From an uncultured bacterium (GTDB lineage Bacteria > Muiribacteriota > UBA6191), in NCBI GenBank assembly GCA_964603885.1, contig CAZRWM010000001.1, forward strand, positions 729-64,728: a stretch of 64,000 nucleotides of DNA, written 5' to 3'. Position 1 is the first letter of the stretch; each line of letters begins with the position of its first letter. The position numbers and the translations under genes are program-made. A model generated the notes under the pieces. It saw only the letters and a program-made list of their open reading frames with translations. It made no database searches and had not been told where the DNA came from. Positions 1-9,970 of this stretch are shown here, one piece after another.

Positions 1-309
1 TCAAAAGTTTTACTTGATAGCAGCCCTTTTCACCCTGTTGGACTTCATGAAAGATTCCTTTACGGTTCAATGTGCGGAGCAGCCGTTATCACAGACCATA
101 ATCCAGTAAAATCCCAAATTTTCGAACACAAAGTCGATGCTTTTTTATACAATACTGAAAATCTTGTATCGTTGGGCGATAGTATTAACGACTATCTTTC
201 TAATGATTCTTGGATAGACGTTGCACTTAATGGACAAACTAAGGTTAAAGAAAATCACACTTGGAAGCATCGCACCCAAGCTGTAGTGGAGGCTTTTAAT
301 CTTCGATAG
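1..309 (+). CDS. 5'-truncated hypothetical protein (C-terminal fragment)
   Basis: The reading frame of ORF 70..309 stays open back to position 1 with no stop, so the gene probably starts upstream of the window. No recognisable domain in the 102 visible residues. Confidence 0.4.
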   Translation, partial: SKVLLDSSPFHPVGLHERFLYGSMCGAAVITDHNPVKSQIFEHKVDAFLYNTENLVSLGDSINDYLSNDSWIDVALNGQTKVKENHTWKHRTQAVVEAFNLR

Positions 310-324
310 CTAGTCACGGTAATC

Positions 325-1665
325 ATGGAAAAAAACCAAGCCATTTTATGCCTCCAAAACTACTTTTTAGAAAATTGTATATCTAAACAGAAGCATCGTA
401 CAGGGGTTGAATTCGAACTGTTTGCATTAAGCGATGAAGGAAAGTCATTACCATTTAGCGGAAAGCATGGCGTTGAATCCTTGCTAACTGAACTATCCGT
501 CGAATCAAATTCATGGGATAGGAATCAGTCAATAGAAGGTCGTCTTTTGAGTATTAAATCCGAAATCGGGACTCTGACTCTAGAACCAGCCTCACAAATT
601 GAATTCTCAAGTAAACCTCGCCAGAACCTATTTGAATTACAAGAAGACTGGAATATTTACATTAATTCTATTAAAACAAAATATAAGCCCTACAATTTTG
701 CGCTCTTTGGCATTGGAGTTCATCCATTTCAACAACCAATAGATTTAGAGTTACTGCCCAAACCTCGCTATCACATAATGGATCGCCACTTTCAAAATAA
801 AGGGAAACTAGGACAATGGATGATGCGCTGCAGCGCAAGCACTCAAGTAACTAATGATTACGGCAGTCTGGAGGAATTATTTCGAAAAATATACATAAGT
901 TTGAAGCTAGCTCCTTTTACCCAAGCTTTATTTGCAAATTCTACCTTTTGGAAAGGCAAACAATCAGACTATCTATGCCTCAGAGGATTAATTTGGTCTG
1001 ATACAGATTCAAAGCGTTCAGGTATTCCAACCGAACTTTTTCGTGAAGACCTAAATATTGAGTTACTCAGCAAAGTTCTGTTAGAAACACCGGCTATATT
1101 TGGAGAGAGTAATTCGTCCTATTACTACGCCAACGATAAAAACTTTTTTGAAATTCATCCAGATAATTTTGATTCTGATAAAGATCTAACCGAAGCTATT
1201 GATTTGCATATAAATCAAATCTTCACCGAAACCAGGGTGAAAAATTATCTTGAGTTTCGTACCACTGATTCTCAAATACCTCGCTTTCAGATGTGTGCTC
1301 CCGCATTTTACAAGGGTATTTTCAATGATTCGCAAGCTTTGGATGAAACGGCAGATCTCTTGAGGGAGTTCACTCCTGAGGACATCTTAGACCTACAAAC
1401 AAAAGTACCTCTAAAAGCGCTCAATACACCACTCAAAAAATATTTGGTGTTAGACATTGCCAAATCTCTACTCGAAATAGCATCAAGGGGACTTGATCGA
1501 CAAGCTGCAATGCAAAAATTAAGTCGAAGTGAACAAATATTTTTGCACCCTATTCTGGAGATTGTTTTCGAAAATTCCTACTGTCCAGCAGAATATTTTT
1601 TAAGAGCCTACAACAAAGATTTCAATCAAAATTTGCATCAAACCTTAAAAATCAGTAAATACTGA
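325..1665 (+). CDS. glutamate--cysteine ligase family protein (gamma-glutamylcysteine synthetase-like)
   Basis: 446 aa. N-terminal GVEFELF and central hydrophobic-Gly stretches resemble GshA/GCS2-type carboxylate-amine ligases (compare E. coli GshA RGLERE). An RGLIWSDTD segment resembles the RGxxWxDTD motif of plant/cyanobacterial-type GCL. Family assignment from motif recall only. Confidence 0.5.
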   Translation: MEKNQAILCLQNYFLENCISKQKHRTGVEFELFALSDEGKSLPFSGKHGVESLLTELSVESNSWDRNQSIEGRLLSIKSEIGTLTLEPASQIEFSSKPRQNLFELQEDWNIYINSIKTKYKPYNFALFGIGVHPFQQPIDLELLPKPRYHIMDRHFQNKGKLGQWMMRCSASTQVTNDYGSLEELFRKIYISLKLAPFTQALFANSTFWKGKQSDYLCLRGLIWSDTDSKRSGIPTELFREDLNIELLSKVLLETPAIFGESNSSYYYANDKNFFEIHPDNFDSDKDLTEAIDLHINQIFTETRVKNYLEFRTTDSQIPRFQMCAPAFYKGIFNDSQALDETADLLREFTPEDILDLQTKVPLKALNTPLKKYLVLDIAKSLLEIASRGLDRQAAMQKLSRSEQIFLHPILEIVFENSYCPAEYFLRAYNKDFNQNLHQTLKISKY

Positions 1666-1700
1666 TTAACAAATTATTAATTTACGCCAGGAATAAAGCC

Positions 1701-3038
1701 ATGAAACGAGGCAAAATAGCAATTGTTGGAAGACCTAATGTTGGTAAGTCTTCTCTCTTTAATCGATTAATAGGGAACAGACAGGCCATTACGATCGATA
1801 CCCCAGGAACAACTAGAGATCGTATTTATGGCTCATTTGAGTGGCTTGATCGCCATTATGATTTAGTCGATACTGGTGGCCTCGAATTGGTTGAGAAAAA
1901 TAATAAAATTCACAAATTAATTCGTCTACAGGTGGAAGTGGCCGTTGAAGAAGCCGATTTGCTCCTATTTCTAGTAGATGGACGAGAAGGACTAAATCCG
2001 CTGGACGAATATGTAGCTGATTTCTTGAGACGCTTTCAGAAGGACACCCTATTAATTGCCAATAAAGTCGATGACTATACAAAACAAGAACAAATCATGG
2101 AATTCTATGGAATTGGTTTTGGCCAACCTATCTGGTTCTCTTGTCTGCATGGCTTGAATATGGATGATTTATTGACCGGTATTCATGAATTTTTCGAATC
2201 AAAACCTACAAGTAAGGAAGAAGAACATGATGATGTAATCAAACTAGCAATTGTCGGTCAACCAAATGTTGGAAAGTCCTCACTGCTGAACCGATTTCTG
2301 AGTACCGACAGAGTAATGGTTGACAACAAACCCGGAACAACCAGAGATCCTGTAGAAGCTCCTTTCAATATTGGCGATAAAAAATTTATGCTGGTAGATA
2401 CAGCCGGGATCCGTCGAGTCAATAAACTTAAAGATCATATAGATAAAATATCTGTAATATACTCGGAAAAGGTAATTGAGGACTGCGATATGGCAATCTT
2501 TGTGCTCGACGCAACTAGACCTCTGTCCCAGCAGGATAAACGGATCGCTGGAAAAGTTGTAGAAGAGCAAAAGCCCTGCATTTTAGTGGTAAATAAATGG
2601 GATTTAGTTGCGGACCGAGAAGATAAAGTCAGAGAACTGGAAGATCAATTCGATGAGGAACTCTATTTTTTTAGACACTGTCCTCGAGTCTACGTATCGG
2701 CAATGACTGGTTCTAGAATCCCTCGACTGCAAGATCTTGTGCTTCTGCTAAGCGAAAAAATGACACTTCAAGTTAACACGAATCATCTAAACCACATGGT
2801 GCAAGAAGCAGTTACAATTCACCGCCCGCCTGGCTATAAGGGAAGACAGCTAAAAATATACTATGTATCTCAACTTCGTAATAAGTTAGGTACCTTTGTT
2901 TTTCAAGTAAATGACTCAGAATTAGTTCACTTTTCCTACTACCGATATCTAGAAAATCGCATTCGTGAATTTTATAAATTTGATGGAGTCCCTCTAAGAT
3001 TAATTTTTAAAGGCAAGAAAGGATCACAAGAATCGTGA
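1701..3038 (+). CDS. der: ribosome biogenesis GTPase Der (EngA), two tandem GTPase domains
   Basis: Two P-loops (GRPNVGKSSLFN and GQPNVGKSSLLN), DTPG/DTAG and NKxD motifs, plus a C-terminal KH-like domain. Typical 445-aa Der. Confidence 0.95.
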   Translation: MKRGKIAIVGRPNVGKSSLFNRLIGNRQAITIDTPGTTRDRIYGSFEWLDRHYDLVDTGGLELVEKNNKIHKLIRLQVEVAVEEADLLLFLVDGREGLNPLDEYVADFLRRFQKDTLLIANKVDDYTKQEQIMEFYGIGFGQPIWFSCLHGLNMDDLLTGIHEFFESKPTSKEEEHDDVIKLAIVGQPNVGKSSLLNRFLSTDRVMVDNKPGTTRDPVEAPFNIGDKKFMLVDTAGIRRVNKLKDHIDKISVIYSEKVIEDCDMAIFVLDATRPLSQQDKRIAGKVVEEQKPCILVVNKWDLVADREDKVRELEDQFDEELYFFRHCPRVYVSAMTGSRIPRLQDLVLLLSEKMTLQVNTNHLNHMVQEAVTIHRPPGYKGRQLKIYYVSQLRNKLGTFVFQVNDSELVHFSYYRYLENRIREFYKFDGVPLRLIFKGKKGSQES

Positions 3039-3661
3039 GTAGTTTCATTACCGATATCAGTATCTGGCAATATAGTCTGTTAATTATTAGTTACCTCATA
3101 GGCAGCTTTCCAACCGGATATATTATGGGGAGAGTAGTCTATGGAATCAATTTATTCGATCATGGCAGTAAAAATGTAGGTGCCACAAATGCATTAAGAG
3201 TCCTTGGAAAAAAAGCTGGTCTAACTGTTTTACTGATCGATGCATTAAAGGGAGCCATTCCTGTTCTAGTAGTTAATCATGCTACTCAATTAAATTATGA
3301 GTGGTCATTGGCAGTAGGTGTTTCGTCAATCTTCGGACATACATTTTCGCCCTTTATAAGATTTAAGGGTGGTAAGGGTGTCGCTACCTCCGCAGGAACA
3401 TTCCTAGCCTTAGTACCAGAAGCATTTGGAACGAGCTTCGCCACCTTTGTTTGCATTGTTATTCTGACTAAATTCGTATCACTCGGATCAATTTTAGCAT
3501 CGATATCATTACCCATTGCATGCGCTTTTTTATATCCATCCAAACCCGCACTCTGGCAAGCTTGTTCAGTATTGGCTATTTTCATAACATACAAACACCG
3601 CAGCAATGTTGGCAGATTAATTCGTGGTGAGGAGAATCGACTGGATTGGAGTAAAAAGTGA
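3035..3661 (+). CDS. plsY: glycerol-3-phosphate acyltransferase PlsY
   Basis: 208-aa multi-TM protein with PlsY motifs (GSxNxGATN, KGGKGVAT). GTG start overlaps the der stop. Conserved der-plsY-gpsA synteny. Confidence 0.9.
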   Translation: MSSFITDISIWQYSLLIISYLIGSFPTGYIMGRVVYGINLFDHGSKNVGATNALRVLGKKAGLTVLLIDALKGAIPVLVVNHATQLNYEWSLAVGVSSIFGHTFSPFIRFKGGKGVATSAGTFLALVPEAFGTSFATFVCIVILTKFVSLGSILASISLPIACAFLYPSKPALWQACSVLAIFITYKHRSNVGRLIRGEENRLDWSKK

Positions 3662-4656
3662 TAAAAAATAGCTTGGTCGTTGGATCTGGAAACTGGGGTA
3701 CAACTATGGCAAAAATCCTCGCAGAAGCTGGTAGAGAGGTTACACTCTGGGTTCTTGAGGAAAAAGTGGCGACTGACATTCAAGAAAATAAGATGAATAG
3801 CATCTTTCTGCCGGGAGTAAAACTTCCAGACAACATTTCTGTGAAAACAGACTACGAAAATTTCGAGAAATTCGAGCTCATCATTCTCGTAATTCCTGTG
3901 AATTCAACTCGACAGTTCTTAAAGAAAATACAGACATCAATTACATCTAAACATAAAGTTCTATGCTTATCTAAGGGCATTGAACTTAATACGGGAAGGA
4001 GAGTCTCTCAAATTATCCAAGAAACTTTACCTGGATTCGCAAACATAGCTGTACTAAGTGGTCCTAACATTGCTAATGAGATTGCTATCGGAAAACCCGC
4101 ATTAAGTACGGTAAGTTCACAGAACATTGAAATCTCAAAACAAATCCAAGAATACTGTTCATCACACAGATTCAGAATCTATACTAATCCTGACTTGATT
4201 GGAGTTGAAATCTGCGGTGCTCTTAAAAATATAATCGCAATTGGAGCGGGAATTTGTCACCAACTTAATTTGGGCGATAATGCTATTGCTGCGTTAATTA
4301 CAAGAGGAATTGCAGAAATTGCACGATATGGTCAGAGGTTTGGGGCCAACCCCACTACATTTATGGGCATGGCTGGAGTCGGAGATCTTAGTGTTACCTG
4401 CATGTCACCGCATTCAAGGAATAATCGGATGGGACGCTACTTGGCCCAAGGCCTAAACCTAGATGAGGCTCGAGATCAAATGAAAATGGTAAGTGAGGGC
4501 GTTCCCACGTGCAAAATTGTTTACAGTTTATCAAAAAAACATGATATCTATATGCCTATCACGGAAGCAATTTATAAGGTGCTTTTTGAAAACTTACCTG
4601 CTCATGATGCAGTCGATTTACTAATGCAAAGCGACCTTAAAGATGAGCTTCATTAA
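3658..4656 (+). CDS. gpsA: NAD(P)H-dependent glycerol-3-phosphate dehydrogenase
   Basis: N-terminal Rossmann motif GSGNWGTTMAKIL and the typical GpsA C-terminal domain. GTG start overlaps the plsY stop. Confidence 0.9.
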   Translation: MIKNSLVVGSGNWGTTMAKILAEAGREVTLWVLEEKVATDIQENKMNSIFLPGVKLPDNISVKTDYENFEKFELIILVIPVNSTRQFLKKIQTSITSKHKVLCLSKGIELNTGRRVSQIIQETLPGFANIAVLSGPNIANEIAIGKPALSTVSSQNIEISKQIQEYCSSHRFRIYTNPDLIGVEICGALKNIIAIGAGICHQLNLGDNAIAALITRGIAEIARYGQRFGANPTTFMGMAGVGDLSVTCMSPHSRNNRMGRYLAQGLNLDEARDQMKMVSEGVPTCKIVYSLSKKHDIYMPITEAIYKVLFENLPAHDAVDLLMQSDLKDELH

Positions 4657-6187
4657 CAAATTCATTTTCATTACTACATTTGGATCACTGACTAGTTTAG
4701 TAGTCAGCGCTTTGGACCCTACCGTTCATTTCGAAGGCAAACGATTCGCATCACCAAAATCAGAGCGCAATCGAAACTTTTCAAAGCCCTCTGCATTTTT
4801 GGGTCTTCCAGGAAGTAGAATCTTGGTAAGTGACTCCAAAAGGCGTAATCTTCAACTATTCGACAAACAATGGTCCTTAGAATTACAATTCAAACCCAAA
4901 TCCCCAATAGAAAGAATCAGTAGTATGTGTTTTGGCGGAGAAAATGCAATTCTTGTGTTAGACGCCCCCAAGCATAGAGTCCTAAAATTCAATAGTAACG
5001 GTAATCAATCCGCGAAATTTGGAGGCAAAGGAACTAATCGAAAACAGTTTCTTTATCCACGAGCAATTAGCTGTGGCGTAGATCAAACAACGTTTTATGT
5101 TTCCGACACAGGCAATTTAAGAGTTCAAGAGTGGACTTTGAGTGGGAATACCCGTAAAAGCTTTTTATATGTAAATCCTAAGACAGCAACTCTTGGTGCA
5201 CCTGCCGCTCTAGCTATTTCCAATAGAAAATTAGCTGTTATTTACCCGGAGTTACCTGCTTTAGTTTTGTTTCAAAGGGACTCAGGTCGCGAATTATCTT
5301 CCGTTGACTTATCTAAATATGCAGCCAGTAATGATCACTTGCAATTGCATGTCGCGCCAAGGGATCATTGGTTTTTACTAAATATTAGTAGAAATGAGCT
5401 ATACATTTTAAGTCCAGAGGGTGATAACCTTCATAAATTAGTTGCTAAGAAAAATTTACTATCCCCAATTGCTCATATGGGCTACATGGATCTCGATATT
5501 TATGGAGGCCTGAGGCTATTGGATAAGCAAAATCAAAGAATATGGCATTTCCCTGCAAGAGCTGAATTCCAAGCCTTACAGGAAGCGCAAAATCACCTGA
5601 AAAAGAAAGAATATCATGATGCCCTTAATCGCTACAAAACTGCTATAAATCTTGATCCATCTAATACAGAGGCTCTTGAGGAAATCGTAGATCTTTATCT
5701 GATATTAAGTGCGGCTGCGATGCAAAAAAAACAATATGGTCGTGCTCAAAAGCTCTTACGAGAACTTTTAGAGATTCAACCATCTAATAAAATTGCTGTC
5801 ACCCGAATGAGACTATTACTAATTGATGAACATCGCGATTGGTTTACCTTAATATTCAGTGGCCTGTCTTTAATATTTGCCGGCCTATTTCTTATTCCTA
5901 TTGTCGTACGTCGAGTGAGTCAGGAAAAATTGAATTTTAACTCCGAGGAACCCATCTCGAAAACCCAGGAAAATTTAGTCAATGTGGAATCTAAATCTTT
6001 AGTCGTGGAAAGGCAAATAAGTAACAAGAAACAAGAGCAGAGTATTGTAGAAAATAACGATCGTGAACCAAGCGATAGAATCGAGCCCTCCAATATGTCA
6101 GAATCGTCAGACAAGAATGACATAAATATAAAAACAAACTCTGAAGTTTCAAACGCGGTTTCAGAAAATCAAGAGACGGATTCTTGA
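4643..6187 (+). CDS. NHL-repeat / TPR-containing membrane protein with acidic Ser/Glu-rich C-terminal tail
   Basis: N-terminal hydrophobic signal or anchor. NHL-like repeats (FGGKGTNRKQFLYPRAISCGVDQTTFYVSDTGNLRVQEW). TPR-like region (YHDALNRYKTAINLDPSNTEALE). One TM helix near residue 400, then a low-complexity polar tail. Confidence 0.6.
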   Translation: MSFINKFIFITTFGSLTSLVVSALDPTVHFEGKRFASPKSERNRNFSKPSAFLGLPGSRILVSDSKRRNLQLFDKQWSLELQFKPKSPIERISSMCFGGENAILVLDAPKHRVLKFNSNGNQSAKFGGKGTNRKQFLYPRAISCGVDQTTFYVSDTGNLRVQEWTLSGNTRKSFLYVNPKTATLGAPAALAISNRKLAVIYPELPALVLFQRDSGRELSSVDLSKYAASNDHLQLHVAPRDHWFLLNISRNELYILSPEGDNLHKLVAKKNLLSPIAHMGYMDLDIYGGLRLLDKQNQRIWHFPARAEFQALQEAQNHLKKKEYHDALNRYKTAINLDPSNTEALEEIVDLYLILSAAAMQKKQYGRAQKLLRELLEIQPSNKIAVTRMRLLLIDEHRDWFTLIFSGLSLIFAGLFLIPIVVRRVSQEKLNFNSEEPISKTQENLVNVESKSLVVERQISNKKQEQSIVENNDREPSDRIEPSNMSESSDKNDINIKTNSEVSNAVSENQETDS

Positions 6188-7689
6188 AAATAAGAAAAGA
6201 ACTTATTCAATCTATTGGACTTACCCTCATAAGCCGCTTGGTCGGCTTCTTAAGACTTATTGTGGAAACCGCTCTACTTGGACTGACTGGAATCACGGAT
6301 GCCTATCAGGCAGCGTTTAGACTAACTAATTTTTTCAGAGAACTTTTTGGAGAGGGTGCATTAGGCAGTGTTTTCACACCAATGCATGCTACTTGCATGG
6401 AGACTCATGGTGTAAAGGAATCTCAAAACTTTTTCTGGAGCGTTACAACTTTAAGCTTTCTATGCTCGCTTTTACTACTTATTTTTCTAGTTCTTAATCT
6501 TGAAGGGATTTTAAATTTGTGGATGCCAGACTTACCGCAAAAATCCAAGAGATCAGTTCTCGAAATAGCTCCCATTATGCTGCCCTATCTAGTCTGTATA
6601 GCAACTGCAAGCATGTTCATGATTATGCACCAGATTAAGGGACGATTCATCCTCTCAAGTTTACATCCCATCCTATTTTCTTTCTCTGTAATTGGTATCG
6701 GCTTATGGAATCCCACCAAGAATTATGCGGAATCTTTAGCATGGGGTGTAGTTTGTGGTGGTATTTTACAATTTAGTTTACTGAGTTTTACGTTAAAATA
6801 TCCGTTACCAAAATGTAGTTTTATTCGATATCAGTTACCGAATTTAAAGCATCTTGTAATTCTTCTCGCCCCAATCCTTGCCTCGCTAGTGGTGAATAGA
6901 ACAAATCGATTAATTGATCTCTATTTTGCTGCAGGACTAGCGGCTGGCAGCCTCAGCTCTCTATCATATTCCTTCGTTCTGATTAATGTGCCAATGGGAC
7001 TTATTTCGGTAGCCAGTAATGCAGTATTTTATCCATTAATATCTCGCCTGAAAGCTGCGAGAAAAGTTGTCGAATATAATCAAGCTGTTCTTTCAAATCT
7101 CAATTTTATTACGCTACTCGGCTTCTGGACTATGGGATTACTAATTTTCCATTCCCATGATCTAGTAAACTTTTTATTTCTGAGTGCGCCATCTTGGATT
7201 GGCCTTTCCACCCAATTTGACCATCAAGCCGCAAATCTAATGGGAGACTCACTACAGTTCTATTCGATTGGTCTGGGATTCTTGATAATGAATCCATACA
7301 TTGTGAAGCTTTTTCACAGTAATTTAGATACAAGCTACCCCGCTAAAATCGCTATTTTTATGGTGTTTTTTAATATTATTCTTAACTACTATCTAACACC
7401 TATACTAATGCATCGCGGCATTGCATTAGCAACTAGCTTGGCAGCAATTTGTTATTGTTTACTCCTTTTGTATGGCCTTCAGTATAAAAATTACATAAAA
7501 ATACCAGCGAAAAATATTCTACAATGGATAGCAAGACTCGTGACAAGTGTGACCATATTTAGCTTCTGTATACAATTTAATCTATCCTTCGGGCTATTTG
7601 GACAAATTATCATACCCACTTTGATTTACTTCAGCTTTTGGCATCTTGTAGAATTAATCACAGCTCATGTTGTCGACCCACTCACCTGA
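6184..7689 (+). CDS. murJ: lipid II flippase MurJ (MviN)
   Basis: 501 aa, about 14 TM segments, N-terminal MurJ signature (LISRLVGFLRLIVETALLG...DAYQAAFRLTNFFRELFGEGALGSVF). Apparent TTG start overlapping the upstream stop. Confidence 0.85.
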   Translation: MKIRKELIQSIGLTLISRLVGFLRLIVETALLGLTGITDAYQAAFRLTNFFRELFGEGALGSVFTPMHATCMETHGVKESQNFFWSVTTLSFLCSLLLLIFLVLNLEGILNLWMPDLPQKSKRSVLEIAPIMLPYLVCIATASMFMIMHQIKGRFILSSLHPILFSFSVIGIGLWNPTKNYAESLAWGVVCGGILQFSLLSFTLKYPLPKCSFIRYQLPNLKHLVILLAPILASLVVNRTNRLIDLYFAAGLAAGSLSSLSYSFVLINVPMGLISVASNAVFYPLISRLKAARKVVEYNQAVLSNLNFITLLGFWTMGLLIFHSHDLVNFLFLSAPSWIGLSTQFDHQAANLMGDSLQFYSIGLGFLIMNPYIVKLFHSNLDTSYPAKIAIFMVFFNIILNYYLTPILMHRGIALATSLAAICYCLLLLYGLQYKNYIKIPAKNILQWIARLVTSVTIFSFCIQFNLSFGLFGQIIIPTLIYFSFWHLVELITAHVVDPLT

Positions 7690-9931
7690 ATGTTATAACC
7701 CCGATGAATTTCTGAAAGCTCTGACTTCAGAAAAACGCCCTAACCGCGATCTCAAAACAATTGAACGGGCTGCCAGATTTGCTTTCAAGGCCCATGCCGA
7801 GCAGAAACGAAAATCAGGTGAGCCTTATATAACCCATCCATTTGCAGTAGCAATTCTTGTAGATGAATTAAAACTAGATACTAATTCAATATGTAGTGCT
7901 CTGCTGCATGATGTGATTGAGGATTGTAGTGTTAAGTCAGACACCTTGAAAAAAGAGTTCAATAATACAGTAGCTGAGATGGTAGATGGAGTTACAAAAC
8001 TTTCGAAGCTAAAGTTTAATACAAAAGCTGAACTTCAAGCAGAGTCACTCAGAAAGATGCTGTTAGCGATGACAAAAGACGTTCGCGTAATCCTTATCAA
8101 GCTTTGCGACAGACTGCATAACATGCGTACACTCGATCATATGACAGCTGATAAGCAATCACGAATAAGCCAGGAGACTTTAGATATTTTTTGCCCTCTC
8201 GCTCATCGTTTGGGAATGTCTAATTTAAAGTGGCAGCTAGAAGATTTATGCTTAAAATATACAGAACCAGAGGCTTACTACGACATATTAAAGAGAATTG
8301 CACAAAAACGGAAAGAACGAGAAGTTTTCATTAACGCGGTCATCAAAGAGTTACGTTTAGTAATAAAAGAGAATGGCTTTAAGGCTGATATCTCAGGGAG
8401 ACCAAAGAGCTTCTATTCTATTTTTCAAAAATCTCAACGTAATGAAAAATATATGGATGAAATGTATGATCTCATAGGAATCCGTATAATCACCGAATCA
8501 AAAGCCAATTGTTACGCAATTCTAGGATTAGCCCATAGCATTTGGACCCCATTGCAACACCGCTTTAAGGATTATATAGCTGTACCTAAACCAAATTTAT
8601 ATCAAAGCTTACACACTACAGTAATTCATCCGGAAGGACAAATGGTAGAGGTTCAAATCAGAACGCAGACTATGCACGAAACCAGTGAAAACGGTGTTGC
8701 TGCTCACTTCCTTTATAAAGAAAGTGATAAAACTAAATCTAATGATAGTAAACAACCTGTTGAAGAACTGAAGTGGTTAAAACAAATTGTGCAATGGCAT
8801 ACGGATGTGCGAGATAGTCAGGAATTTATAGAAAACCTAAAGCTCGATCTTTTTCAGAATATGGTCTATGCATTTACTCCCAATGGCAAAGTTATAGAAC
8901 TCCGTGAGGGATCTACACCTATTGACTTCGCCTACTATATACATACCGAAGTCGGAAATAAATGCGTTGGAGCCAAAGTCGATGATCGAGTAGTTCCACT
9001 AAGCTATAGACTTAAAAATGGCGATATCGTTCGAATTGTTACAAGTAAAAACTCAAAAGGACCTAGCAGGGATTGGCTCGAAACAATTAAAACAAGACGG
9101 GCTCGTGAGGGCATACTAGCGTTCTTACGAAAATCGGCTAAAGAGGATTATATTGCTAAAGGTAGTGGAATGATTTTTCAAGCTCTGGAAGAGCGAATTA
9201 AAAAATTACCTGCAGAAAAAAAAGTTTCACCTAGAGAAGTTACAAATTCAGAAGAGTTTCAAAAAGTTCTTGATGCATATGGTTTCCGTGATATCACCTT
9301 TATGCAAGAAGCTATTGGAAAAGGAGAGTTCAAACTTGCTAACCTTCTACGTCATTTAGAGATATTTAAAGAAGAACCGAAAGTTGAAACCGGTTTAGAA
9401 GAGTTAAGTTCCAAGGTAAAAAAACAATCAAAAAGCAGCAAAAAAGATACTGTCTTCGTAGCTGGATCCCAAGATATGTTAGTGAAAATGTCCAAATGCT
9501 GCAGCCCTCTCTATGGTGATGAAATTATTGGCTTCATAACTAGAGGGCGAGGAGTAACTATTCATCGAGGGGATTGCCCCAATGCGATAAATTTATTAGA
9601 AACAGAATCCGAAAGAGCGGTTGATGTTCAATGGGATCCAAACTCTCTTTTTAACAAAGAAACGTCCTTCTTAACACAAGTACAAATCACCGCAAAACAT
9701 AAGCCTACTGTTATTCATCAAATTACAACTGTGCTAACTAGCTTTAAAGTAAACATATGTAATATGAATGCTAAAACTAAAAATGGAATGGGTATTTTAG
9801 ATCTCACAATTGAAATTGGTAATGTTGGCCAACTTAATAATTTGATAAAAACTATAGGTGATTTGGAAGATGTCACCTCTATCTATCGATTAGAACCCGG
9901 ACGAAAAAAATCAAAATCGAAAAAAAAATAA
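7667..9931 (+). CDS. rel: bifunctional (p)ppGpp synthetase/hydrolase RelA/SpoT family
   Basis: HD hydrolase motif (HPFAVAILV...HDVIED), synthetase domain (GRPKSFYSIFQK...YQSLHTTV), TGS and C-terminal ACT-like domains. 754 aa. Confidence 0.9.
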   Translation: MLSTHSPECYNPDEFLKALTSEKRPNRDLKTIERAARFAFKAHAEQKRKSGEPYITHPFAVAILVDELKLDTNSICSALLHDVIEDCSVKSDTLKKEFNNTVAEMVDGVTKLSKLKFNTKAELQAESLRKMLLAMTKDVRVILIKLCDRLHNMRTLDHMTADKQSRISQETLDIFCPLAHRLGMSNLKWQLEDLCLKYTEPEAYYDILKRIAQKRKEREVFINAVIKELRLVIKENGFKADISGRPKSFYSIFQKSQRNEKYMDEMYDLIGIRIITESKANCYAILGLAHSIWTPLQHRFKDYIAVPKPNLYQSLHTTVIHPEGQMVEVQIRTQTMHETSENGVAAHFLYKESDKTKSNDSKQPVEELKWLKQIVQWHTDVRDSQEFIENLKLDLFQNMVYAFTPNGKVIELREGSTPIDFAYYIHTEVGNKCVGAKVDDRVVPLSYRLKNGDIVRIVTSKNSKGPSRDWLETIKTRRAREGILAFLRKSAKEDYIAKGSGMIFQALEERIKKLPAEKKVSPREVTNSEEFQKVLDAYGFRDITFMQEAIGKGEFKLANLLRHLEIFKEEPKVETGLEELSSKVKKQSKSSKKDTVFVAGSQDMLVKMSKCCSPLYGDEIIGFITRGRGVTIHRGDCPNAINLLETESERAVDVQWDPNSLFNKETSFLTQVQITAKHKPTVIHQITTVLTSFKVNICNMNAKTKNGMGILDLTIEIGNVGQLNNLIKTIGDLEDVTSIYRLEPGRKKSKSKKK

Positions 9932-9970
9932 AATTAGCGTGTTACTCGTCTGAACGTAAGATAATCGTTA

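Noticed and set aside
70-309. ORF 70..309 as a complete 79-aa gene starting at the listed Met
   Set aside because: The frame is open without stops back to position 1, so it is more likely the C-terminal end of a gene that begins upstream of the window. It is reported as a 5'-truncated CDS instead.
1813-3783. Antisense ORFs (1813..2082, 2280..2570, 3295..3783, 3582..3779) inside der/plsY/gpsA
   Set aside because: They lie fully within well-supported conserved genes on the opposite strand and have no recognisable motifs. They are typical spurious antisense ORFs. The same applies to 5920..6123, 7130..7333, 10292..10528, 11029..11284, 12964..13176, 13924..14163, 15882..16169, 16361..16585, 17047..17358, 17522..17818, 18493..18874, 19430..19639, 20907..21326, 26299..26604, 33466..33675, 34168..34365, 35529..35816, 36401..36607, 37367..37564, 39853..40050, 40223..40417, 40580..40840, 41614..41802, 44060..44278, 44694..45211, 46118..46300, 47370..47975, 49013..49258, 51846..52447, 53752..53982, 55375..55578, 56539..56799, 57913..58671 and 63712..63906.
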